Shown: positions 37,543 to 45,026 of the stretch, in pieces
Numbering within the stretch: the first letter of the stretch is position 1
Layout of the letters: every line of letters starts with the position of its first letter
DNA from: an uncultured Eubacteriales bacterium
GTDB taxonomy: Bacteria; Bacillota; Clostridia; Christensenellales; Borkfalkiaceae
Assembly: GCA_958405585.1 (NCBI GenBank)
Contig: CATYEP010000001.1
Coordinates: 1-45,026, forward strand
Direction: 5' to 3'
DNA length: 45,026 bases
The notes under the pieces: model-generated
The model's input: only the letters and a program-made list of their open reading frames with translations
Databases searched by the model: none
What the model was told of the DNA's origin: nothing
Position numbers and translations under genes: made by a program

Positions 37543-38487
37543 ATGCGGATCTATTTTTCGGCGGCAGTACCGTGCGTACTGCGCGTAGGCGGTGCACCAG
37601 CCGGCTTTTTGAGCGGAAACGAACTTTGTGCGGATGTGGACGAACACATCCCCGCGGAATTTATTCCGATCGACGCGAATCTTTTGCCGCTCGCCTTTGT
37701 GGCGGGAGAAAGTTTTTTCCGGAAGCCTCCGGCGTGCTGCGACATCTACCGATGCGGCTGTTACAACATGATCCATGCAGCGCGGTTTATCCCGCGCCAA
37801 GCAGGTTTCGACGCAAAATGCCAGGGACGGGGCGCCGGTATGCAGGCAACGGTGTTTGAATGCGGCGGACCGTTTCTGTGTATTCAGGACAGCACGGGAT
37901 TCGATACTTTCCCTCTGCCGCAATGCGGGAATTACGAGATCGGGGAAGAACAGATCGGAAACGAAACCTTTTTATGCGTGCATGACCCGGTGTCCGAATA
38001 TCTCGGATTTTTCTCATCCGGAAGAAAGCGCGCACTGCAGCTGAAGGCACGGGCGTTTGAATGCGGCGAACGCCTGCTCGTCACGCAGGCGTTCGCCGAC
38101 ATCGCATGCCATACCGTACAAACGGAATACGGTGCGGAAAACGGAGAGCTTATTCTCCGTTCAAAAAAAGTTTCTGCAAGGGAAGGTTTTGATCCCAAAA
38201 AACTGGACCCGAAGATCCTGCCGTTTGCTTTTTTCCAGGAAATTGCCGCCGGCGGCGACTTTACCGCATATCTTGCGCCGGCGCTTGCAGAAAAAGCCGA
38301 ACTGCTTAAGGAATATCTCGGAGATTTTTGCGCCGCAGCGATCCCCAAAGAAATGTTTTACCGAGTCCACGGCACAATAAACGGAGTCGGGCTTGTCTGC
38401 CGCCGTGCCGAAAATATTTTCGATGTCCGTTTCTTTCGGGCGGAAACAGAAAACGGCCTTATCACAAACATTCTTCCCGTGGAATGA
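37543..38487 (+). CDS. hypothetical protein
   Basis: 314-aa ORF, GGGAG RBS before MRIYFS; no recognised motif. Confidence 0.7.
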   Translation: MRIYFSAAVPCVLRVGGAPAGFLSGNELCADVDEHIPAEFIPIDANLLPLAFVAGESFFRKPPACCDIYRCGCYNMIHAARFIPRQAGFDAKCQGRGAGMQATVFECGGPFLCIQDSTGFDTFPLPQCGNYEIGEEQIGNETFLCVHDPVSEYLGFFSSGRKRALQLKARAFECGERLLVTQAFADIACHTVQTEYGAENGELILRSKKVSAREGFDPKKLDPKILPFAFFQEIAAGGDFTAYLAPALAEKAELLKEYLGDFCAAAIPKEMFYRVHGTINGVGLVCRRAENIFDVRFFRAETENGLITNILPVE

Positions 38488-38524
38488 TCCCTGTTCCTGT
38501 TTAACCTTCTTGCCTGTAAATTTT

Positions 38525-38553
38525 TTGACTTTTTTTTGCATATGCTTTATAAT
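38525..38553 (+). promoter_or_regulatory. sigma-A-type promoter of the zinc peptidase gene
   Basis: TTGACT-17-TATAAT. Confidence 0.75.
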
Positions 38554-38572
38554 ACAGACAGAGGAAAAATTT

Positions 38573-39316
38573 ATGTTTTTGAATATTTACCTTGTTTATA
38601 TGATCTCGGGCATCATTCTGCTGCCCTGCATCCTGATTTCAGCTTGGGCGAGCGCCAAAGTGCATACGACTTTTTCAAAGTATGACAAGCTGCCCACATC
38701 CACCGATTGGACAGGCAGCGACACGGCGCGCATGCTCCTGGAAAAAAACAACGTATACGGAATTACCGTAATGCGCGGAAAAGGAAAGCTGACCGATAAT
38801 TTCAATCCGAAAACCATGACAGTCACCCTTTCGGAAAGCACCTATGACTCCAACTCCGTTTCGGCAGTTGCCGTCAGCGCACACGAGATCGGCCACGTGG
38901 TTCAGCGCGAACACGGATACCTGTTTTACCGCCTCCGCGGCGCACTCGTGCCCATCACCAATTTCGGTACCATGCTCGCTTTTCCGCTGGTCATCATAGG
39001 CGTTCTCATTACCTGGATCGCCTCCGTCACCGAAATCGGAAACATCATCGTATTTATAGGCGTTTGCCTGTACGGACTTTCCACCCTGTTCTCACTCGTG
39101 ACCCTGCCCGTCGAGCTCAATGCTTCCGCGCGCGCCAAACGCATGCTCGCCGAAACAGGTATTCTCGTCACCAAAGAGGAACAAAAGGCGGCTTCCAAAG
39201 TACTCTCCGCCGCGGCAATGACTTACTTCGCCGCACTGCTCACCTCCCTGCTCCTGTTCCTGCGCTTCCTGCTCTACGTCTTTATTCTTCTCGGAGGCAG
39301 GCGCAGAAACGACTGA
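38573..39316 (+). CDS. YugP-like neutral zinc metallopeptidase (Zn_peptidase_2)
   Basis: GKLTDNFNP, LSESTY...AVSAHEIGHVVQ, VTLPVELNASARA, VLSAAAMTY; ATG 38573. Confidence 0.92.
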   Translation: MFLNIYLVYMISGIILLPCILISAWASAKVHTTFSKYDKLPTSTDWTGSDTARMLLEKNNVYGITVMRGKGKLTDNFNPKTMTVTLSESTYDSNSVSAVAVSAHEIGHVVQREHGYLFYRLRGALVPITNFGTMLAFPLVIIGVLITWIASVTEIGNIIVFIGVCLYGLSTLFSLVTLPVELNASARAKRMLAETGILVTKEEQKAASKVLSAAAMTYFAALLTSLLLFLRFLLYVFILLGGRRRND

Positions 39317-39430
39317 TCACACGCGAAATTGTAAAACCTTTTTCAAAATTTTCTTTGTATAAAACAATTTCCATGTGAATACAATTTCGATATTTTATAT
39401 AGCTCAGCCGTTCAAAAAATATGATCTGTA

Positions 39431-39462
39431 AAAACGCCCGCACGAAAATGTGCGGGCGTTTT
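39431..39462. terminator. bidirectional-type terminator
   Basis: aaaacgcccgcac-N6-gtgcgggcgtttt. Confidence 0.7.
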
Positions 39463-39495
39463 AATTAAATAAAACACAAATTCTACGGCAGACTT

Positions 39496-39582
39496 TACCA
39501 TAGTATAACGATACCATAGTACAACGATACCATAGTACAACAACTTGGTACAACAACTTGGTACAACAATTTGGTACAACGA
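39496..39582. repeat. composite tandem repeat: 3 x 16 bp then 3 x 13 bp
   Basis: taccatagtaYaacRa x3, then YttggtacaacRa x3; shared GTAYAAC core. Confidence 0.9.
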
Positions 39583-39583
39583 T

Positions 39584-39616
39584 AACCCCGTCGGCGCAAA
39601 TTGCGCCGACGGGGTT
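39584..39616. repeat. perfect palindrome (16-bp arms)
   Basis: aaccccgtcggcgcaa-a-ttgcgccgacggggtt. Confidence 0.8.
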
Positions 39617-39651
39617 TAATTTTCCTGATCAAGATGATCTCAAAGATCCGT

Positions 39652-40665
39652 TTATTTGTTTTGAGAATAATACTCTTTGACTGCAGAAAAATAGGCATCG
39701 ATATTTCCCCATTTTGCGGCGGCGGGAATATCGCAACCGCTGGAGATCACAAAATTCGGATATTTTCCGCAAAGATCGCCCATCAGCGACAGCACCTCGC
39801 CGCGCATCTGTTCGGGCGTTCCGTCTTTGAATGCCCCGACGGGATCAATGTTGCCCATTACGACGATATTCTGAGGGATTTGCGGCATAACATGACGCAT
39901 ATCTACTGCATTTCCGAAATGATAGGCATCGCAACCCGTACGCAGAATGGAAGGGATCATTTTATCCGCCGCATTTCCGCAATTATGGTAAATGACCAAA
40001 AAATTTTCATCCCGCACTGCTTCGGAAATTGCGCGAACATACGGTTCCGAAAATTCTTCCGCCAGAGCAGGAGAAAGCACTCCCGCCAAAGGTTCTGCTA
40101 TAATAATACCGTGCGCGCCCGTTTTTTTATAAGCATTTGCATAGGCAACTAAAAATTCCGTGCATTTTTCCAGCAAAAGTTTCATGTTATCCGGATCTTC
40201 ATAACATAAAATCATTGCTTCTGATACATCCGTCAGCCGCCCTGCCAAAGAAAACGGCCCAACGCATCCCGCAAATACGGGACGATCGGTTACTTCTTTC
40301 AGCAATCCGCAGATGCCGTCAAGATAAATTCCGCTTCTTGCCGTACCAACCTGCGGCACTTGCAGATCTTGTACTTCTTCCAGATCGTTCAAAAGCGGCT
40401 CGCACACCGTCGGAACATCATCTTTCTGACAGCGGATCTTAACACCGAAGCATTCCGCCTCGACACTCAGATCCATCAGCCCTACAGCCGCTAAAGAATC
40501 TACCCGCTCCGCAACAGCTTTCATCATTTTGATTTGTTTTGCACTGTCCTTACAGACATCTTCCACTGTATCTCCCGTCCATTGTGTACCGGGAAAAGAT
40601 AAAACAGGCATTGTCTTTTTTATTTTTGCACCGCGAAGCTCTGCCAACCATTTTCTCATATTCAT
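39652..40665 (-). CDS. uroporphyrinogen decarboxylase / MtaA-CmuA methyltransferase family protein
   Basis: MDLSVEAECFG, GPFSLAG, IYHNCG, MGNIDPV, SSGCDIP (His-x-Cys...Cys zinc ligands). Confidence 0.9.
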   Translation of the reverse strand: MNMRKWLAELRGAKIKKTMPVLSFPGTQWTGDTVEDVCKDSAKQIKMMKAVAERVDSLAAVGLMDLSVEAECFGVKIRCQKDDVPTVCEPLLNDLEEVQDLQVPQVGTARSGIYLDGICGLLKEVTDRPVFAGCVGPFSLAGRLTDVSEAMILCYEDPDNMKLLLEKCTEFLVAYANAYKKTGAHGIIIAEPLAGVLSPALAEEFSEPYVRAISEAVRDENFLVIYHNCGNAADKMIPSILRTGCDAYHFGNAVDMRHVMPQIPQNIVVMGNIDPVGAFKDGTPEQMRGEVLSLMGDLCGKYPNFVISSGCDIPAAAKWGNIDAYFSAVKEYYSQNK

Positions 40666-40951
40666 AAATAAAACTTCTCCTCTCTATGCGACTATTATAC
40701 CGCATTTTTACGCCCGAAACAATGGAGAAATTTGTTCGAAATCTTTGTTCCTTTGCTCATTCCGCCGTACATTTTTTTCATATCCTTATATTGTACGAAT
40801 TTTTTTACGGACTTCCTTCTTTCGGAAATGAATGATCCTACGCCCCATTCCTTTGATTCCGCCCGACGTTGCAACAGATCGCCGTCTTTTACTCGCTTGT
40901 TTATATAAATCGCGGCTTTTGCGGCATACGTTTTCTCAGCTTTTGTAACCG

Positions 40952-40998
40952 AAAACGGAGACGCGGGCATACAATGCGTATGCCCGCGTCTCCGTTTT
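40952..40998 (-). terminator. long hairpin terminator (21-bp arms)
   Basis: aaaacggagacgcgggcatac-aatgc-gtatgcccgcgtctccgtttt. Confidence 0.75.
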
Positions 40999-41024
40999 AC
41001 AGGATTTCCCTGTTTCATGAAATT

Positions 41025-41912
41025 TTAATATTTTACAACGCTGATTTCTTCGATAATGATCTTTTCAACGGGAACGCTGTACGTCACATCGCAACGGCCG
41101 TCCGCTGCATACGCATCGTTCAACGTTACATCTTTTTCTTTCGTGAAAGATTCGTTCTCTTCAAGCTCTGCCGTATAATCGCTGATTGCCGTCATCAGAT
41201 CGTTGAGCGCCGTTGTAGACGCTTCGTTCGCCAGTTCACCGAAGACGCACAAATTCTTGTCCGTGGTCGAAGTCGAGCTCGTGTAAATATAGAACATGCT
41301 CGTCACGCTGTTGTAATAATATGTGTTGTAGCCTTCCGCGCCGCTATTCGTACGGTTCCAGTACATCAGCCTGTCGCTGTCCGATTTGACATACGAATAG
41401 GTACCGAGTGCTCCGAGTTTATTGGTCAGACCCGATCCGTCTTCAATGGTATGGCCGCCCGCTTCCACTTCGCCGTACAGACGGTTGGTGGGTTTCGTGT
41501 GCTCCGCGTCTTCCCAAACGGACGCCGTGATCACTTTGACCGTTCCGTCGGAATTGAGCGTCGTGCCGTCGTAATCGAGTGCTTCAAGATCTTCCGTCAC
41601 GTCAGACGTGTCCATGCTCTCATACGTGTAGCCGCCTCCCACCATACGGTCGGACCGATAATCGTGAATGACCGTATTGTCAAAGAAATTCGCGTCGATC
41701 AGAGCCATGTAATGGTCGACCGTCTGGCGATAATAATCGCGGTAAAGCGTGTAATTGAGTGTGTATTCTTCTCCGTTAAAGGAAATGCGGACGGAGATTT
41801 CGGGGCGACGGGTACTGCACGCCGTAAACATAAACGCGCATCCGCAAAGGACTGCCGCCGAAACCGCAACGGCAAACAGCCGCACAAGTTTTCCGCCGAT
41901 CGTTTTCAACAT
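41025..41912 (-). CDS. cyclophilin-like lipoprotein (degenerate active site)
   Basis: signal peptide with lipobox-like FTAC; LYRDYYRQTVDHYMALIDANFFDNTVIH, GGG, LYGEV, SMFYI, CVFGEL align by eye to the cyclophilin pattern. Confidence 0.65.
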   Translation of the reverse strand: MLKTIGGKLVRLFAVAVSAAVLCGCAFMFTACSTRRPEISVRISFNGEEYTLNYTLYRDYYRQTVDHYMALIDANFFDNTVIHDYRSDRMVGGGYTYESMDTSDVTEDLEALDYDGTTLNSDGTVKVITASVWEDAEHTKPTNRLYGEVEAGGHTIEDGSGLTNKLGALGTYSYVKSDSDRLMYWNRTNSGAEGYNTYYYNSVTSMFYIYTSSTSTTDKNLCVFGELANEASTTALNDLMTAISDYTAELEENESFTKEKDVTLNDAYAADGRCDVTYSVPVEKIIIEEISVVKY

Positions 41913-42251
41913 ATTGCCTCCTGAAAATTAGCTTTTCCATGCGCAAAAAATGCGCTTTCCGCCACTTTGAATGGGTACTGTTTTATTTTACCCATTATTT
42001 TGAAAATCGTCAAGTACTTTTACGCATTTATGCAAATTTCGCGCAGAATTATCCGAATTTATCACATTTCATGCGTATTTTTGCGCGCGGGGATGCCCTT
42101 GCGTTCGCGGTTTTAAACCGCGGGATCCTCGGCGATGTATACGCGACGAAAAACGGCGCGGCATTCTGCCGCGCCGGAATTTCTTGGATCGCTTACGGCA
42201 AAAAAACGGGAGTTTGTTCCCGTTTTTTGCATGAAAAGGCCAAAATCGGAA

Positions 42252-42767
42252 TTACACCACTTCGATGATTGCCATTTCGGACGCATCGCCGCGGCGTTCG
42301 CCGAGGTTCACGATGCGCGTATAGCCGCCTGCGCAATTCTTTTCATCATTGCGCTGCGCGTATTTGGGGGCGATCTCATTGAACAGTTTCTCGATGAGCG
42401 GATGTGCAACGTCCTTCGTGCGAGCCTTGTAAGCGGACTTGCTTTCGTTGAACGCTTTTATCTCCTGCAGATCGTAGAGCTTGCTCATGATCCTGCGGCG
42501 TGCAGCGAGCTTCTTCGGGCCGTCTTTCACGACCGTAACCGTAACTTCGCGCTCTTTTTTGCCCGTTTTTTCGGTTACAACTTTGCTGCTTTCGATCGTA
42601 TCGTCATACGAATTGATCGCCGTAGTGATAATTTTTTCGACGTAAGACTGCAATTCTTTCGCGCGGGCTTTCGTCGTTTCTATTTTTCCGTACCAGAGAA
42701 GGTTGGATGCCTGGTTTCTCAAAATGGCAATTCTCTGTTCGCTCGTTCTGCCCAGTTTTCCCGGCAT
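42252..42767 (-). CDS. rplQ: 50S ribosomal protein L17 (with insertions)
   Basis: KLGRTSEQR, KIETTKARAKE, GGYTRI...RRGDASEMAIIE. Confidence 0.96.
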   Translation of the reverse strand: MPGKLGRTSEQRIAILRNQASNLLWYGKIETTKARAKELQSYVEKIITTAINSYDDTIESSKVVTEKTGKKEREVTVTVVKDGPKKLAARRRIMSKLYDLQEIKAFNESKSAYKARTKDVAHPLIEKLFNEIAPKYAQRNDEKNCAGGYTRIVNLGERRGDASEMAIIEVV

Positions 42768-42771
42768 AATG

Positions 42772-43728
42772 TTAGTCCTCCTTTTTTTCTAATGAAAGTC
42801 CGTAAGATTCCAGTTTCTGAATGACCTCATCCAACGACTTTCTGCCGAGGTTGCGAACTTTGAGCATTTCTTCCTCGGTTTTTTTGGTTAAATCTTCGAC
42901 GGTGTGGATGTTCGCGCGCTTTAAGCAGTTGTAGGAACGGACGGAAAGATCCATATCCTCGATCGCCATGGCGAGAACCTGCTGCTGTTTGTCGTCTTCG
43001 TTCTTTACGAGAATGTCCATTCCCTTGATCGAATCGCTCAGGTTCACGAACAGGCCGATGTGATCCTGCATGATTTTCGCAGCGAGAGAGACGATCTCTT
43101 TTGCGGAAAATGCGCCGTTTGTCCAAACTTCCATGACCAGCTTGTCGTAGTCGATGCTCTGCCCTACGCGCGTGCTTTCAACGTTGTAGTTGACCTTTTT
43201 GACAGGCGTATAGATGGAATCGACGGGGATATAGCCGATCGGATGGTTTTTATTCGAACCCGCACCTTTGTAGCCCCTGCCGCGACCGACCGTGATTTCC
43301 ATGTCGATCTTTGCGCCTTCGTCTACCGTGCAAATATACTGGTCTTTGTTGATGACCTCCACTTCCGCATCCTGTTCCAGGTCGGCACCCGTGATCACCA
43401 CGGGGCCTTCCTTGCAGATGTGAAGCGTTTTGACGTAATCTTTGTCTGTCGTCGCCGTCTGTATGGCAAGCGTCTTCAAGTTGAGAATGATCTCGGGAAC
43501 ATCCTCCTTGACGCCGGGAAGCGCAGAAAACTCATGCTTCACCAGCCCGTCCGGATAAAACCGGATCCCTTGCACCGCAGCACCGGGAAGCGCCGAAAGA
43601 AGTATCCTTCTCAGACAGTTTCCTATTGTAAGACCGAAACCCTTTTCGAGAGGTTCGACAACGATCTTCGCGTAGCTTTTCGCTTCGTTCTCTTCCACCT
43701 CGATTTTGGGCATATCCATTTCGATCAT
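42772..43728 (-). CDS. rpoA: RNA polymerase alpha subunit
   Basis: EPLEKGFGLTIGNCLRRILLS, LSVRSYNCLKRA, RNLGRKSL. Confidence 0.98.
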   Translation of the reverse strand: MIEMDMPKIEVEENEAKSYAKIVVEPLEKGFGLTIGNCLRRILLSALPGAAVQGIRFYPDGLVKHEFSALPGVKEDVPEIILNLKTLAIQTATTDKDYVKTLHICKEGPVVITGADLEQDAEVEVINKDQYICTVDEGAKIDMEITVGRGRGYKGAGSNKNHPIGYIPVDSIYTPVKKVNYNVESTRVGQSIDYDKLVMEVWTNGAFSAKEIVSLAAKIMQDHIGLFVNLSDSIKGMDILVKNEDDKQQQVLAMAIEDMDLSVRSYNCLKRANIHTVEDLTKKTEEEMLKVRNLGRKSLDEVIQKLESYGLSLEKKED

Positions 43729-43760
43729 GCGTTATTACCTCCTTGCTTCGGCGTTACTTA

Positions 43761-44384
43761 TTACTTGGAGTACAGCTCGACGATCATATGCTCTGCAATC
43801 TGGCTGTCGATGTCCTCTCTTGCAGGCAAAGCGATTACCTTCCCTTCGAGTTTTTCGGGATCAAATTCCAACCATTTGGGCATATTGCCTACTTTCGCAG
43901 ACTTGATCTCCTCAAAATATTTATCTTTCTTTCTGTTTTCCTTAACGGCAATGATGTCGCCCGCCTTCACGATATAGGAAGGAATGTTGACCGTTCTGCC
44001 GTTGACAGTGAAATGTGCATGGTTGACAAGCTGTCTTGCCTGTGCACGGGATCCGCCGAGTCCCATACGGAACACAACGTTATCCAGACGGCGCTCGAGC
44101 AGGGAGAGCATGTTTTCACCGGTAATGCCCTTCATGCGGTCAGCCATTTCATAATATTTGCGGAACTGGCCTTCCTGTACGCCGTAAATTCTCTTGGTCT
44201 TCTGTTTTTCACGAAGCTGCAAGCCGTACTCGGAAACTTTCTTTCTTGCCGCACCGTGCGCACCCGGAGCCACAGGGCGTTTTTCGAACGCGCATTTGCC
44301 CGAATAGCATCTGTCGCCCTTCAAAAAGAGTTTTGCACCCTCTCTGCGGCAAAGACGGCATTTGGAATCTCTGTATGTTGCCAT
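43761..44384 (-). CDS. rpsD: 30S ribosomal protein S4
   Basis: [33 protein letters not shown]. Confidence 0.98.
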   Translation of the reverse strand: MATYRDSKCRLCRREGAKLFLKGDRCYSGKCAFEKRPVAPGAHGAARKKVSEYGLQLREKQKTKRIYGVQEGQFRKYYEMADRMKGITGENMLSLLERRLDNVVFRMGLGGSRAQARQLVNHAHFTVNGRTVNIPSYIVKAGDIIAVKENRKKDKYFEEIKSAKVGNMPKWLEFDPEKLEGKVIALPAREDIDSQIAEHMIVELYSK

Positions 44385-44402
44385 TTCTTTCTCTCCTTAA
44401 AC

Positions 44403-44804
44403 TTATACTCTGCGGCGTTTCGGGGGTCTGCAACCGTTGTGCGGGATCGGCGAAACGTCAGTGATCATCGTAATTTCCAGTTCAGCTGCTGCCAGAGCGC
44501 GGATCGCCGCTTCTCTGCCTGCGCCGGGACCTTTCACATATACTTCGACAGAACGAAGCCCGTGTTCTTTCGCGATTTTTGCCGCGGTATCCGCTGCAGA
44601 CTGTGCTGCGAACGGCGTGCCCTTTCTCGAACCCTTAAATCCGAGACTGCCTGCGCTCGACCACGAAATCGCGTTGCCGTTCATATCGGTGATAGTTACG
44701 AGCGTATTGTTGAACGAGGACTGGATATGAGCCTGGCCCTTGTCAACTTTTTTCAGCTCTTTACGGCGACGAACTTGCGCCGTCTTTTTCGTTGCTGCTG
44801 CCAT
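44403..44804 (-). CDS. rpsK: 30S ribosomal protein S11
   Basis: [37 protein letters not shown]. Confidence 0.98.
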   Translation of the reverse strand: MAAATKKTAQVRRRKELKKVDKGQAHIQSSFNNTLVTITDMNGNAISWSSAGSLGFKGSRKGTPFAAQSAADTAAKIAKEHGLRSVEVYVKGPGAGREAAIRALAAAELEITMITDVSPIPHNGCRPPKRRRV

Positions 44805-44823
44805 TGTTTCTTATCCTCCTCGA

Positions 44824-45026
44824 TTATTTCTTCTTCTTCGCTACCGTGCGGCGCGGGCCTTTACGAGTACGCGCGTTGCGTTTGCTGCTCTGTCCGCGGA
44901 CAGGCAAGCCCTTTCTGTGACGGATGCCGCGATAGCAGCCGATCTCCATAAGGCGCTTGATATTCAGGTTCACTTCGCCGCGGAGTTCGCCCTCCACGCG
45001 CAAATTGTGATCGATATATTCTCTGA
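44824..45026 (-). CDS. rpsM: 30S ribosomal protein S13, 3' part (truncated by window edge)
   Basis: [57 protein letters not shown]. Confidence 0.95.
   Translation of the reverse strand, partial: REYIDHNLRVEGELRGEVNLNIKRLMEIGCYRGIRHRKGLPVRGQSSKRNARTRKGPRRTVAKKKK

Noticed and set aside
16082..44951. Long plus-strand ORFs such as 16082-17077, 19923-21281, 28727-30049, 30256-31731, 40869-41924 and 43743-44951
   Set aside because: They are antisense shadows of well-supported minus-strand genes and show no protein-family motifs.

Overview
Core chromosomal segment of a spore-forming Clostridia-class firmicute; a Christensenellales-like lineage is my inference from gene style and is not verified. 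Most genes lie on the minus strand. Housekeeping blocks: the end of the alpha operon (rpsM partial, rpsK, rpsD, rpoA, rplQ), rpsB-tsf-pyrH-frr-uppS-cdsA-dxr-rseP, metK-comF-secA-(PH-domain gene)-prfB, tsaD, radC-gltX plus a NarL-type two-component system, and ruvX-DUF1292. Accessory or sporulation-type genes: MarR-MATE, a solo ABC/AAA ATPase, a frameshifted zinc-ribbon membrane gene facing an XRE regulator, a zinc-ribbon/LRR protein, ywmB-like, spoIIQ-like and rsfA-like genes, a Zn-PLC family gene with an MFS transporter, a UroD/MtaA-family enzyme and a degenerate cyclophilin lipoprotein. I found no rRNA, tRNA, transposase, prophage or CRISPR-cas. The most unusual stretch is the ~1.1 kb gene-free interval 32844-33938. 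It holds 24-bp and 40-bp tandem repeats, a candidate ~150-nt structured ncRNA whose promoter overlaps a perfect DnaA box, and seven copies of a 37-bp unit carrying DnaA-box-like 9-mers, ending in a perfect palindrome. Also notable: tandem arrays that recur next to long palindromes, prfB without the programmed frameshift, a charged insertion in SecA, and shared forespore-type promoter motifs.
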